From: Phoronis australis
Taxonomy: Eukaryota > Animalia > Phoronida
Assembly (NCBI GenBank): GCA_002633005.1
Contig: NMRA01000159.1
Coordinates: forward strand, 295,494 to 359,493
Length of the DNA stretch: 64,000 nt
Direction: 5' to 3'
In this document: one piece after another, positions 1 through 13,574 of the stretch
How positions within the stretch are numbered: position 1 is the first letter of the stretch
Layout of the letters: every line of letters begins with the position of its first letter
Made by a program: the position numbers and the translations under genes
Notes under the pieces: model-generated
What the model saw: only the letters and a program-made list of their open reading frames with translations
What the model was told of the DNA's origin: nothing
Databases searched by the model: none

Positions 1-3000
1 ACTTTGTAACATATAGAACGGTCTTTTCTTTGCTTGTTTTTAGGCATCGGCCCATTATATCTACTTGTTAAGTTTACCGATGTGGGCAGTATTCTATTCA
101 GTTGAGTCTTTCATTGTGTCTACAACTGATTTGCATATCAACACAGGTCTATGCGTGCGGGTATCGTATTAGCTGATGTCCAGTGTGTATCATGGAGGTG
201 GTGAAGTACATTTTAGCCACGCGCTTTTGTTTTTACACATATTTCTGAGTAGAATTTTTGTTGAATCATCAATTTGCCTACGTTCTATATACATCTCATT
301 TAGTATTTTAATTTATGGAACCGATTTGCCATGTCTTTCGTCGGAACATGGTTAGTTATCTTATCTTTAAACTCCAGAGGGTTAACGGACAAAATTAAGA
401 CAAAGGATGTCTTTTTGAGACGGAAGTGTTGTGGTATCTATTGTTTGCAAGAAACTCATTTTATTGAATCATAAATTTGTGTTATTAGGGCCCAGTGAGG
501 ATATGATGTTTTCTTGAGCCCTGGAACAAGAGAATTGAGACGTGTCTGCATACTGCTAAATAAAAGCTTTGAATGTGAAGTTGGTAAAATCCGTCATGAT
601 GATAAAGGAAATCTTGTTGTCATCGAATTACTAATTGAAAATCGAGTCTCAATAACGTTAGCTTATATTTATGGTCCCAACAAGGATAATCCTGACTGTT
701 TTAGAACCCTGCTTCAGGTAGTCTCTGACTACAATGCCGAGTTCATAATCATTTGCGGCGACTGGAATTTGGTTCAGGATTTCAATCTTGACTGTTTAGG
801 ATACAAGCACCAAAACAATTCGGCTGCAAGAAAACAAGTTATCGCAAGATGTCGCAGTTAAATTTGGTCGACCCGTGATGGTTACGTAACCTAAATACAA
901 CAAGCTACACTTGGTTCAGAATTAACCCTTGTAAGCAACCGCGTCTGGATTTTTTTCTAGTGTCCGACGAGTTTTCCTCTTGGATAGAAAATATTGAAAC
1001 GTCCCCAGGTTATAGAACCAATCATCATTGTGTCTTGACTACTATTCAGGACTCTAAATTTGTTAGAGGTAAAGGTCTATAGCGACTCAACAAATCCTTA
1101 TTACGTACTGTAGAATACATTAGCAATGTGACAAAATCATAGTTGAAACAGAGAAGGAATATTTATCTCCTGATAATGACTCCAATTTGTCAGACGGTCA
1201 GTCGACTATAGACAACTCTCTTCTTCTTGAGATGATTCTATTGAATATTAGAAATTATACTTTGTCTTATCCAGGTTTTAAGTAAAAAGAAAAGCATCGA
1301 CATGAAAAGAATTTAGAGGAGCAATTAAGTCTTCTTGGAGAAATGATTGTGCAACAATAATTGTGCTCTGCTCCTTGAAATTTATTCAGATTTGCAGAAC
1401 TATTACGAAGATATTAGCAAGGACAGAGTGAAAGGTATGATGATGAGATCTCGGGTAAAATGTATCGAGGATGGTGAAAAACCGTCCAAATACTGTAGTA
1501 ACTTACAAAAACGTAGTTACGTGAAGAAGAATGTTGACGAGACTGGACAAAGCTTGACAAACCAAAAGCTATACTGTGAGCAATCGAAAAATTCTATGCA
1601 AATTTATATGCAGCCAAAGAAAATGACTCTCTCCAATATGAATTGGAAGACTTGGTGACCCCTGACAATATATCGAAACTAGACGCCGACTTGAAAGAAA
1701 AACTAGAATGACCAATAACATGTACTGAAGCTGTGGCTGTCCTTAAATGCATGAAAAATGACAAAACTCCGGGGACTGGTGGTTTTCCTGTAGAGTTTTA
1801 CAATTTTTTTGGAAAGAATTGTCGCCATTTTTGATCAAATCTGTTAATTACAGGTTTTGAAGCGTATCAAACAATAAAAGAAAAACGTATTTTAAAAAAT
1901 CCTAAAAATGTTTTTGTATGGATTACAGCACATCCAATATNCTTTTCAGGACATTCCTGCGTATTTCCGAGAATTGTTAGGTTAAACAAGTCTAGTGACT
2001 GCGTTTGAGTGTAGATAATGTTTCTATAATTTCATTAAACTTAAGACTTCAGAATATTGTTTGGTTTATTGCTCATAGGATATGCTTACACTGCTTTTTG
2101 CAAACGGTATGTTTTCGTCTCTTTTCTGCGGTACGTTAGCTATTGACTTGACTTTGTAACATATAGAACGGTCTTTTCTTTGCTTGTTTTTAGGCATCGG
2201 CCCATTATATCTACTTGTTAAGTTTACCGATGTGGACAGTATTCTATTCAGTTGAGTCTTTCATTGTGTCTACAACTGATTTGCATATCAACACAGGTCT
2301 ATGCGTGCGGGTATCGTCTTAGCTGATGTCAGTGTGTATCATGGAGGTGGTGAAGTACATTTTAGCCATGTGCTTTTTGTTTTTTCACATATTTTTGAGT
2401 GGAATTTTTGTTGAATCATCAATTTGCCTACGTTCTATATACATCTCACTTAGTATTTTAATTTATGGAACCGATTTGCCATGTCTTTCGTCGGAACATG
2501 GTTAGTTATCTTATCTTTAAACTCCAGAGGGTTAAGGAACAAAATTAAGACAAAGGATGTCTTTGAATTTTTGAGACGGAAGTGTTGTGGTATCTATTGC
2601 TTGCACGAAACTCATTTTATTGAATCATAAATTTGTGTTATTAGGGCCCAGTGGGGTTATGATGTTTTCTTGAGCCCTGGAACAAGAGAATCGAGACGTG
2701 TCTGCATATTGCTAAATAAAAGCTTTGAATGTGAAGTTGGTAAAATCCGTCATGATGATAAAGGAAATCTTGTTGTCATCGAATTACTAATTGAAAATCG
2801 AGTCTCAATAACGTTAGCTTATATTTATGGTCCCAACAAGGATAATCCTGAATGTTTTAGAACCCTGCTTCAGGTAGTCTCTGACTACAATTCCGAGTTC
2901 ATAATCATTTGCGGCGACTGGAATTTGGTTCAGGATTTCAATCTTGACTGTTTAGGATACAAGCACCATCATTGTGTCTTGACTACTATTCAGGCCTCTA

Positions 3001-4120
3001 AATTTGTTAGAGGTAAAGGTCTATAGCGACTTAACAAATCCTTATTACGTGCTGTAGAATACATTAGCAATGTGACAAAATCATAGTTGAAACAGAGAAG
3101 GAATATTTATCGCCTGATAATGACTCCAATTTGTCAGACGGTCAGTCGACTATAGACAACTCTCTTCTTCTTGAGATGATTCTTTTGAATATTAGAAATT
3201 ATACTTTGTCTTATCCAGGTTTTAAGAAAAAAGAAAAGCATCGACATGAAAAGAATTTAGAGGAGCAATTAAGTCTTCTTGGAGAAATGATGTGCAACAA
3301 TAATTGTGCTCTGCTCCTTGAAATTTATTCAGATTTGCAGAACTATTACGAAGATATTAGCAAGGACAGAGTGAAAGGTATGATGATGAGATCTCGGGTA
3401 AAATGTATCGAGGATGGTGAAAAACCGTCCAAATATTGTAGTAACTTACAAAAACGTAGTTACGTGAAGAAGAATGTTGACGAGACTGGACAAAGCTTGA
3501 CAGACCAAAAGCTATACTGTGTGCAATCGAAAAATTCTATGCAAATTTATATGCAGCCAAAGAAAATGACTCTCTCCAATATGAATTGGAAGACTTGGTG
3601 ACCCCTGAAAATATATCGAAACTAGACGCCGACTTGAAAGAAAAACTAGAAGGACCAATAACATGTATTGAAGCTGTGGCTGTCCTTAAATGCATGAAAA
3701 ATGACAAAACTCCAGGGACTGGTGGTTTTCCTGTAGAGTTTTACAATTTTTTGGAAAGAATTGTCGTCATCTTTGATCAAATCTGTTAATTACAGGTTTT
3801 GAAGCGGCCGTCTCTCTACCACTATGCGTCAAGGTGTCATACTTTAATTCCTAAGGGCAAGAAACCACGTGAATACATTAAAAATTGAGGACCAATCTCC
3901 TTACTAAATTCAAGTTATAACTATTATCAGCATGCATTGAACAAAAGATAAAATCTGTTTTAAGAGGCATTATCTGAGAAAACCTACAGAGGTCGGCAGA
4001 GGCAAGTTAAAAGGCATAGATTTTGAAAATGGGATTTATTAAGTGTATCAAACAATAAAAGAAAAACGTATTTTAAAAAATCCTAAAAATGTTTTTGTAT
4101 GGATTACAGCACATCCAATA
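1..4120 (+). repeat. Near-identical duplicated segment (1-1940 vs 2151-4120) joined by a single N at 1941; probable uncollapsed haplotypes
   Basis: Position 1 (actttgtaacatatagaacgg) recurs at 2151. The copies differ by scattered SNPs, and each has its own deletion of about 0.2 kb. Confidence 0.8.
349..1860 (+). mobile_element. Tx1/L1-clade LINE ORF2 fragment (APE endonuclease and linker), decayed; copy A
   Basis: Translates across stops and frameshifts as SLNSRGL..YCLQETH..IYGPNKDNP..IICGDWN..EDGEKPSKY..KTPGTGGFPVEFY, motifs typical of L1/Tx1 ORF2. Near-identical to 2499-3800. Confidence 0.9.
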
Positions 4121-6363
4121 TTCCCATGTATTCCAAAAGGAAAATGGCTAGCAAGTGTGGAATTTCAAAAGGCTTTTATCAAAAAGTGGTTCCAAACTAT
4201 TTGAAAATAAGTTAATTCATCCTAATCAAACTGGGTTTCTCCCAGGTCGTTTTATCGGGGAGAACACCAGAGTGATTTATGACATGTTACAATATACTCA
4301 AATTAAGGATATTCCCGGACTTCTGGTATTAATTGATTTCGAAAAAGCCTTTGATTCTGTGTCCTGGGGATTTCTTAAGAAAGTTCTACACTACTTCAAT
4401 TTTGGTGACGATATTATTCGTTGGTTCACACTACTCAATCAAAGTGTCCAACTTTTTGTCATTCAATATGGTTTTACGTCTAACTACTTTAACATTTGCC
4501 GAGGTTGCAGACAAGGGGATCCCCTTTCACCTTATCTTTTTGTTGTGTGCCGAAGTTATGGCATCTATGTTGAGGCAATGCGAGAATGTTAAAGGCATAA
4601 AAGTAGGCTTTTTAGAGTAAAAATTAGTGCAGTATGCAGACGACACGGTCCTCTTTCTAGATGGTTCAAAGACCTCTTTAAAGTCGTCATTTAACCAGCT
4701 TTATCAGTTTGCTAAGTATTCTGGTTTGACACCCAATATCGATAAAACTGTTTGTATATTAATTGGTTCCAAGATATGTTGTGGTGATAAGCTTTGCTGT
4801 GAAAAAGATTTAAAATGGGAAAGTTCCCAGTTCACATCTCTTGGAATTACCTTCGCTGTCAACTTACAGGACATGATTCACTTAAACTACGATGTAAAAT
4901 TAAACAAGGTCAGAAAAAGCATTGTAAATTGATCAAAAAGAAATTTAACCACCTTTGGTAAGATAAAGGTTGTCAAATCCTTTTTATTACCAAAACTGAA
5001 TTCATCTCTTTTACAGACTTCATTTTCTAAATGCTTCATTTTAAGGACATTGAAAAAATATTTTTAATTATATATTAGGTACCTTTTCTCTAGAAAAACC
5101 ATGGTACAGATATCTGAAGATGGAGGTGGGAATATGGTCCCTATTGCGTCATTTGTCAAAGCTATTAAACTGACTTGGATTCTGAGATTCTTCAAAAACT
5201 ATTATAACAATAATTTTCCTTGGCTAAATATTTTATGTGAAACTATTCATAATATAAAAAGGACTCTTTTCAGTTAGGTTCTTGTTTTTTCTATAAAGTA
5301 CATGTAGCTAACCGTACTAAGAATATTTTTGGAAGGATATTTTTACATCTTATACGAGTTTATCAATCTGTAAGAGATACAGGTTATAGATGACCTTTTG
5401 TACCAACCTTTGTGGTATAACCCCAAAATTTGTATAGACAGTAGTCAATTTTTTTGGAATGAGTGGTTTCAAAAGGGTATGCGATACATATACGATTTAA
5501 TTGACCTTGATCAAGGATATATTTATGATTATCATACCTTTTGTACACGTTTTCAAGTCTGCCCTTGTATTACTCATTTTTATGGAATTCGAAGTTCAAT
5601 ACTTCGTTCTTGGAATCGTCTAAGAGACAAGAGTACCATAGTCACTCCACTTTTTCCAGAACATATTTTTCGAATCTCATCGTAAAATAAAGGGACGGGA
5701 AAAATCTATAATTAATTATTCATTTCCAAATTGTATGTAAAACCTGTAGCGGAATTGAAGTGGGAGAGAGAAATTATCTTATATACAATTGAATTTCCGA
5801 TGTCAGACTCAGACGGTTTCAATTCCGTATCAGCAACAGACTTATTGGTACAAACTCTTATTTAAATATAATTAGTGAATCGTCTTTATGTTATTTCTGT
5901 GAGCAACATGAAGAAAGAATTCTACATTTCTATTGGGAATGTTCACTTGTTCAGAAGTTTTGGGGATGTTTAAAAAGATGGATGATAAATCAGTACGATT
6001 TTCCTCTGCAGTTAAACATGTCTTCAGCCTTGTTTGGAGATCCAGCCTGTAGATTAGAAGTTGTAAATTTAATTCTTTGCTTAGCGAAATTTCACTTATA
6101 TGGGCAAAGACTCCAAAAGGGTAAGCCCAATTTTCAGTCATTTTTACGTGAGGTATGTGATTTCCACAACCTGGAAAAAATTATTTACAATGATAAATTG
6201 GATCTTGAGAGATTCCAGGCATGGTGGTCTTCTTTTTGCCTACCTAGCTTTTTAGAGTTCGATAATGTTCGTAATTTCTTTGATGTACACGTGACTAGAT
6301 TTCATATTGCTGCACAACCATGTACTGGTTAGTTGAATTAATAAATGTTTCATTCAAAAAAAG
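2499..6363 (+). mobile_element. Tx1/L1-clade LINE, near full-length decayed ORF2 (APE, RT, C-terminal Cys/His knuckle) with A-rich 3' end
   Basis: APE motifs at 2500-2990. RT motifs IHPNQTGFLPGRFIGEN, IDFEKAFDSVSW, GCRQGDPLSPYLF and QYADD at 4215-4650. QPLWYNPKI at about 5400, C-x2-C..H..C knuckle at about 5885-5945, AATAAA plus an A-run at about 6340-6363. Many stops and frameshifts, and a foreign insert at about 3971-4213. Confidence 0.92.
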
Positions 6364-7539
6364 TTTTGTAATATGCATGGTTTGCTCTAGATTGTGATTG
6401 CATGCTAGGTTAACATATCATGCATGTGTATGTTTTGTGCTCAAGTTGTGTAGAATAAATTTGTTTTGAATGTCTTAGTAGTGAATCCAGGATATTTAAA
6501 ACTCTATTGAAAACAACTGGAAAACTGACCCACTGCAGTGTATGCTTGGAGTTAGTGTAACTTGCACACTTGTACAAGTTTTTGAATCCTTGAGAGTGAT
6601 TGGTTAAGCTTGAGTTTGAAGACTATTTTCGAGGCTCTTTGTATAATGCAGTAATTGCATGCTAGTTTTACAAATCAGTGTTGTATAAAGAGCACATTAA
6701 ATATCCAGCAAGTTAACTTGTCTCATAGTGATATCTTATACCCGTCTGTTATTAAATTTTAGTGTCTTAGTTGCAGAAATTGGCTTTGACAATCGCTGGA
6801 TAAGGACGGCTATCCAGTAACCAGACAACACAACGTACGCACTGACGAACTGTAGCTCATGAACCTGTTAAACGGTTGAAAACCATGATAGGTAATTCTA
6901 GGCACTATTTCTAGCCTAAGGATTGTAGTTACCAAAATCATAGCTGTGACCATTTCCCATAAACTTTCAGATACCTGTTACGTTTTATTTTATGCTCTTG
7001 TCTCTGGGGATATTCTTGGATTTTCCATGTTAAGTGATTTGTTATTCCTGCATGGTGTCAGTGCTGTAGCTTTAGTAGAAAAAGTCTGTGCTGATGAAGC
7101 GTAGACTTTTGTTGTAGTCCTTCCTGGCCATGTAATCACTTTTTCTTTGGTTTTGTTTCATGATTTGGTAGTGGTTTCTCTGTTGGTACACTCTGTTTTG
7201 ATCCCTCAATTCTCACGTATTGTCATAGACTGAGAACAATTCATGTATGAATATATTGTTAGCCTGATTTAGTTTTCACTGCATCGAATTTATGATTCTT
7301 GATGAACTGATTTTTGATATGTTTCTGGTTTTTGAAGTTCTTGCATTGTTCACACATGTTCACTTATTATAAGGAACTAGTATACTTTGAGGAAGTGCAT
7401 TTCAATTTCTGCTATTAATCACTGCTAAGAAAATGTTAGTAGAACTGTATATTTTTATGAAAGTCATTAAATTCGTTACTGTACTCCACTCTTGTTTTAA
7501 TGAAAATTGAATTTTCTGAATGGCTGTCTTATTGAAAGT

Positions 7540-7989
7540 TATTGCTCTTGGAAACTTCAGTTTTCAAAACTTAGTTCTTTTATAATTTATGTTTGTTTCT
7601 AAAAACTTGTTCCAAAATACTTAATTTTTTGAAACAAACTTCAGCTTTCAAAACTTAAGATTTCAGAACTTATGTTTTTAAAACTTAAGTTTTTAGAATT
7701 TAAGTTTTTGAAAAACTTAAGTTTTCAAAATTTAAGTTTTTAGAACTCAAGTTTTTGAAAAACTTAAGCTCCAGGAACTTAAATTTTTAGAACTTAAGTT
7801 TTTGAAAAGCTTATTAGAACTTTTATTAGTTTTTGAAAACTTAAGTTATGAAAACTTAAGTTTGTTCCAAAAAACTTGCTCTAAAATTCTTAAATATTTA
7901 AGTTTTTATGGATAAAAAAACTTACAAAGTAAATTTTCAGACCAAAAATTTAAGTTTTTCGATGAAAACTTTAGTTCATTTTTGTAGGG
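7540..7989 (-). mobile_element. CACTA/EnSpm-like non-autonomous end with an array of AAAACTTAAGTTTT palindromes
   Basis: Degenerate repeats of about 20 bp built on the palindrome. The array ends in ..GTTCATTTTTGTAGGG (reverse complement CCCTACAAAAATGAAC), and the same end recurs inverted at 52083. Confidence 0.55.
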
Positions 7990-9278
7990 GCTTAGTCAGA
8001 ACACAGATTCAAAAATCAAGCATTAATTGCCGTTCGTATCCTTCACATCTGGCACAAACTTAAAATACACAGCCAACCTAACAGGTACCACTTTTGTTGA
8101 ATTTACCAGAGGCAAATTCAAAAAACAATTTAGCGCCACCTTAGGAAGTGATGGAGTGGGACTTCCGCTTGCCTGTGTGCACGTCTATACAGTTAGCTTA
8201 CTGATCAAATTTTGGAAGCGGCAGAAGGTGAACCAGTTTTCAAACACTGTGCACTGTGATGAATCACAGGATGAGGTCACCAGGAGCCTTACACCCTCCG
8301 CCTTTCATAAAGTGTCATCGTTTCCGCACCTCCTCTCGAGTAATGACGTAATACATGTGTGTGAATACTCCCTATGATCGTCTCGTTCTAACGTATCGCC
8401 TTACCAGTCTTTGGTTTCAAGGAGTCAAAGCTTTGAGGCCGGGTCATGAAGATAATGTGAGGTGACTTATTATTTGTATTTATGTTATTGAGAGAAATGG
8501 TATAATGCGAACTTCGAATTAGCATTGAGTCATTTTAAACAACCCAAATTACCCTAGACACTTAGGCACTAGACTTGAAAACAGAAGGCGCAATTTCTGG
8601 GTTGTTTGCATGGATGTTGACATAACTTCTGTGTACCGGGTACCAAATAGCAGATCGTCTTTGTGAACATGTTGCAACAATTTTCTTCTAGTTGTCGACA
8701 TTTGACATCTGTAGCGAGTGTACAATAAGTTGGTTCTTCACAATTGGCTTGAAGTCGCATTTTTTGAATTTAAAACATTTGATCTTTACAATCAGACTCA
8801 AATACAGTCGTAACAGAAATTTAGTGTTCGGAACATTGAAATGTCCACTTTGGCCAATCTCGTGACCAAAAACGCTTCACATCAAGAAGAATATCATTTA
8901 TATCATCTCGATTTTGATTCGCTGTTTTAACTTTCCACTAAAACTGTACTTATTTAAAAACATCCACAAATTTTAAAGAAGATGTTGGAGGCGTCATTAT
9001 CAAACGTTTAGCCAGGAGTGTCTCACAAAGGAACAAATTGATAGTTGTGGTGTGGCATTCATTAGATACATGTATAAGTAAGTAGAGAGGATGAATGCGC
9101 CCTACTCTTAACAAACTGCATCATAATTTTTGCACGAACGGGTTTTTGGCGCATGTGTACCCTAATAGCTCTGTATGGCGCTCTAAATAGTGTGTGGTGA
9201 CACTAAAAAGTGCCTTTCTAGGTTTTTCCTGAAACATGGATTGACATGGTCTCCTCAGTAGTTTTGGGGCCCGCACCG

Positions 9279-9400
9279 CAGGGATATACTTAGCCACTTG
9301 CCCAGTCGCCAATGGGAGTAAAAATGGTGCGGGGCGAGTAGAAGTTGACTTGCCGGTCGCCCAGGTGGCGAGCGAATTTTCAGACAGCAAAAACACTATA
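9279..9400 (+). mobile_element. Putative hAT-like terminus (CAGGGATATAC...)
   Basis: Starts where homology to the copy 2 upstream flank stops. The same 11-mer occurs at 43052, followed by similar TCGCC/GGCGAG motifs. No partner end or TSD found. Confidence 0.35.
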
Positions 9401-10614
9401 TCGTTTCCCAGGTGAGCATGAATAAATTTTCTCCTCGACCCTTGTGGTGTTTTATCATGAATTTAAGGTTCAGTTTAGTCAGCGTGTCGATGCTCCGGCA
9501 GTAAACATCGGCGCAGTGCGATTCAGTGTCACCCGTTACGCGATTCATCTCGACAAAAGAACACCGTGTGTGGTTATGCACAAAGGAATTTGTGGGCTAG
9601 TCCGAATCGAAGAAAAGGGTGCGGGGGGGAAGGCGGAAGACCGGTCCATGTGCTGGCAGCAAGTGAAATACCGTTATTCTTGGAACTGATTTCTTATTGT
9701 AATGTACAATGCAATGCCATTTTAGCTAAAATCATTCGTCCTAATAAGCGCCCATTCCCCTATTAGCGACCCCTCGCATTCGTTTTCAGACTTCGCTAAA
9801 ATAAGAGTCCAGTCCACGAACGTGTACATATTCGAAAATTTCTTACCTGCACTTCTAAAATTCTACAGTAATATTTTCAATTTATCAATGATATCCGACA
9901 GTCCTTAAAAAATCATTGTGCGCGGAATTTCTAGATCACGAGGCTTGCCGCTATGTTTGTATTTAGCCGTGGCTGTACACTTCAAAAAGAACGCAAAAAT
10001 TCTGCTGATCTTGCGAGGAACTTGTCTCACTATGCACAGGTCTTTCAGAACAGACGCAGCGTATTTGTCAACGGGATTGTATTGTATCTTTCAGGTACAG
10101 CTCTTCTTCCTCAACAGGAATGCATATTACTTTTGTACACATGAAAATCGTGAATCGAAACTTGACGACTGTTTATGAGCACGTGGCCAAGAAGCGCGCG
10201 CTAGGGCCCACATAATAGTATGTGGGCCTGCTACCGACTCTGGCAAATGAACACTGATGACACGCACGCGCTCGCTCACTCGGCGCACACCTGCAGACTA
10301 ACTTCAAAACAAACGTCACGTGACAACAAGATGTGTGTTCGTCTAGATTTTTCGCTTGTTGCGGGGTGCGATCTAGTCCAGATTTGGTCTGCGGTTTATC
10401 CCAACACACAGGAACTTAAAAATCTTAAGTACGCTATTTGGAAAACTTAAAGGAGAATGCCACCCGATTTAATTAGTAGGCTATTTTTATCGATTTAATC
10501 GGTCACTGTATATCCACATCACCTCGTATACGGTATCACCTCGCCGAGTGGTGTCACATCAACCTGTGAGGAAGTTGAGAAAAGACTCAGCGACGTCAGT
10601 GGTTCTTCTGCAGA

Positions 10615-10935
10615 GTGAGTGCCGCTATAGAGTGGTGTATCGTTCCCGCTTGTGCAAATTATGAAGCTACGAGGAAAGCAGGTATACAGCCTGTATCGTT
10701 TTTTTTTCGATGTCCTCGAGAGCACACAATGCTTCGGAAGTGGTTCGCGGTAGTGAAGAATGAAAAGTACACGTACGCCGTAATATTAATTAAGTATGAG
10801 GCCGTGAAACTTCTCCGTGTCTGTGGCCGGTATTTCGTCTAAACTGACGATGGAATTCCGGCTTACAAGACAAGCTCATGCCAGGACAGAAAAAACTGAG
10901 TATGAAGTCAGACGTTGTGCCTAGGGTATTTGGGT
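10615..10935 (+). pseudogene. THAP zinc-finger remnant (N-terminus of a transposase)
   Basis: WCIVPACAN..FFRCP..RKWF..LRVCGRYF followed, after a frameshift, by SDVVPRVF, matching the C2CH THAP signature and AVPTIF box. The His ligand is lost and no DDE domain follows. Confidence 0.75.
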
Positions 10936-11069
10936 TCGGTAGGCAGGAGACAAAGCAACGCGGGTCGGTTGTTGCTCAGTTTTTAATTATGGAGTATTGT
11001 ATCTGGCCATGGTAACATAAACAATTATAATTAATTCAAGGCATGAGAACATAACGTTTTATGACTTAC

Positions 11070-11456
11070 TCGTTCGCCAGGCTTCTGTTTGGACCTCTGG
11101 GTGTAGTATGCTTTCGCCAGTTCTTTTCCCAGTCCCAAAGACGTCGTAAGCAGACTTCTGTTTAGATGCGGTGCCAAATCACGATGGTCCGTGAGACATA
11201 TCTACAACAAGGCGTTTCACTTGCGGACTTTCGTGCCAGCAAACGCAGTTGTCAGTTGTTTCCATTATCGTGCAGTTAGCACACCGACACCATGACAAAT
11301 CACTGAAATGGTTTTTGGAATATGTTCACGGCGCCTCTCTTGTATTTCTTGATCAGTGAATTCCGGTTCGAACTGACCGCTTGTGAAACCTAACGATCGA
11401 CCTGTGAAGTCTTCGTCGGATGAGCATTGGCCTAAGTCGAGGTTGTGAGTTGCCAC
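11070..11456 (-). pseudogene. P2X7 C-terminal (ballast)/Nanor-like Cys-rich ORF, exon 1 remnant
   Basis: SSDEDF..GQFEPEF, then (frameshift) DLSWCRCANCTIMETTDNCVCWHE, then CLTDHRDLAPHLNRSLL, ending at a GTAAGT donor (11064-11069, minus strand). The start codon is GTG where the 58452 copy has ATG. Confidence 0.75.
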
Positions 11457-13574
11457 GGTTGACGTTTATTATTGTGCACTATGTTTCAAAATGAATTATT
11501 CTCACCCTAAGCAATGCTTGTATAAAACTGAAACAAAGATGCAATAAACTAATTGACCGGGCATCTTCATACCGTGAATATTACGCTTACAAGGAAGTCC
11601 CGCATTTCTAAAGATAGGCGGAAATTTTCACCGCTCGTCATCCTGAGCAGCTGGTACCAGGATCAAAGAGAGGGCGGCACCGAAATCAGGTTCAATTGTG
11701 ATGGCCGCATTGCCCGATGCGAGCAACACCCAATTAAATGTAATTATCCGACCATAAACTGTATTAAATATCTGTGACTGTATATAATGACGAATTTTTA
11801 AAATGCATGAACCACTAATTTTCGTCATAAGCGAACACCACAGCGGTATTCAGATGGAAAAAGACAACCAAGTACGGTTTTCGATTTTTAAAAATGGATC
11901 AACTAATAATCTAAAAGCTACAACCATTGGGTACGATTATAGATAAACTACCGCGCGTATTGATATACTCGGTGGATATACAGACGCTGATCAGAGTTAA
12001 CAATATCACGTGGATTCATTTTTTAAAATTCTTTCAATCTCGTTTAACCCGATTTTTGACCAGGAAACAGTTGTTGTGCCCACTTTTCATTTTTTATTAC
12101 TGACAAATAACTAGAATAGTTATATAGTCAGTGCCGCCGAAATTGTCCAGAGATTCCAAATCTTCAGTTTGGTTATCACCATGTTTGCACTTTTGTATAT
12201 ATTTTATGATTTGAGTTCTAATAAAGATTCAACTTTAATGACACGTGAAATGTTTAGTGTACCTGTAATGTGGTAAGTTAACTAATTAAGTTTAGCTGGC
12301 GATCAAAATCTACCACTCTTTGGTACTTCAAGCTTAAAACTCAGATACCAAGTTATGAACCCGTTCCCGGTAAGAAAACAAAAACAAGTGGACAGAAGCA
12401 TTAAAAATTAAAAAAAGAAAAATAATATGAAATGTATCGTTCCTTTGGGATGTGGCCCTTTGTGGAGATAAACACAGGTTAACGTTTTTAGTCATTTTGT
12501 AATATTTATGATGTACCAAGTTAACACTACTCTCCAGAGTTGCAGGCTAAAATTCTGCAAATACCAGAAATAACCAAATTGGGGGGTACTAACAACAACC
12601 ATTGTTGAGACAGTAGTGCTAGAAATTACCTTTCCACTTCATAGCTCAGATCTACATCAATACAATGGGCGTGCTGTATAGGCATCGTAAAAGTGTCTGG
12701 GGCTTAGGGAATCAGAGCGGTCACCAGTGTAAGCGAGAAATTATCCGTCAGTGCATGCTAATTCAGTGTTTGCTGACAGAAAGCTGTTGTGAAACAATAT
12801 CTCGATTGTATATCCTATGGTCAGATGTTAGGGGACTCTTTATTTAGGTATTCTTATACATTAGTCGAATCATTGTTACTATGCAACTTTTTCCCTGACG
12901 GTTTTGCTGTGGAAGGGTAACCTGACTTCGCGGCCTCCGACGAGCTACTATGTAAATTTGCAGTGTTGCGTCTAATTCACCAAAATAATCACATTAACTT
13001 TATTTCTTTGGCTCACGTGTATAGTATTTTTGTGACTAGAAGTCTAGTTTCTAACTTTGGCTGGTTTATGTTCGTGATGTCTTCAGGCCGGCCGGCCTGA
13101 TCGGGTTCCGAGCCACTGGCCGGGATAACAAGAGTTTTCGTGTTTAGAACTGAAAAAATCGCAAGTCTAAAATTACAACACACAGCTATGTTACCCTGTC
13201 TGTATTTCACGGACGAATAATTCGAATTTATCACCGAACAGGGCCCAAAGCTGCCGCGACCGACCTTGGTAAATTGGCCTGTCATACATAACGCGAAGTT
13301 GTCGTGAGGACTCGATTGGGACCTCAGGGGTCTCACGCTCCATCGGCTAAATTGAAAAGGCTTTGTCCAGTCACGCGTTGTGGGTCATAACTCGAGATAA
13401 TGATACCAACAGCTGACACGACAAGCAGAACTACTTTCTTTTACTTCATTTGTGCACTAACTGGAGAAATTTAGAATTAGACTTTTAAACACTATCCGAT
13501 CGTCAACTTTTTTCGGGAGACTTAAATCTCAATGTAGTTTGCGCAAAGACGATGTGCAATTTTTGGAGGTGTAN

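Larger units (their letters stand above)
10451..13275 (-). mobile_element. Kolobok-type DNA transposon, internally deleted and interrupted (copy 1)
   Basis: TTAA|AGGAGAATGCCACCC terminus at 10447-10465. Segments 11335-11550 and 12700-13275 are the reverse complement of 57440-58584. Contains THAP and P2X7-C-terminal-like ORF remnants. Confidence 0.75.

Noticed and set aside
1-4120. Apparent tandem LINE duplication with complementary deletions
   Set aside because: The junction is a single N and the same pattern recurs at other gaps, so two haplotypes are the simpler explanation.
7540-7989. CRISPR-like look of the regularly spaced palindromes
   Set aside because: No unique spacers, degenerate units, no cas genes, and a eukaryotic intron-containing context.
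11860-12026. Possible right TIR of the 10451 element (GTGGATATACAG..GTGGATTCATTTTTTAA)
   Set aside because: Homology with the 57108 copy shows the element continues to about 13275; this is at best the decayed end of a related nested element.
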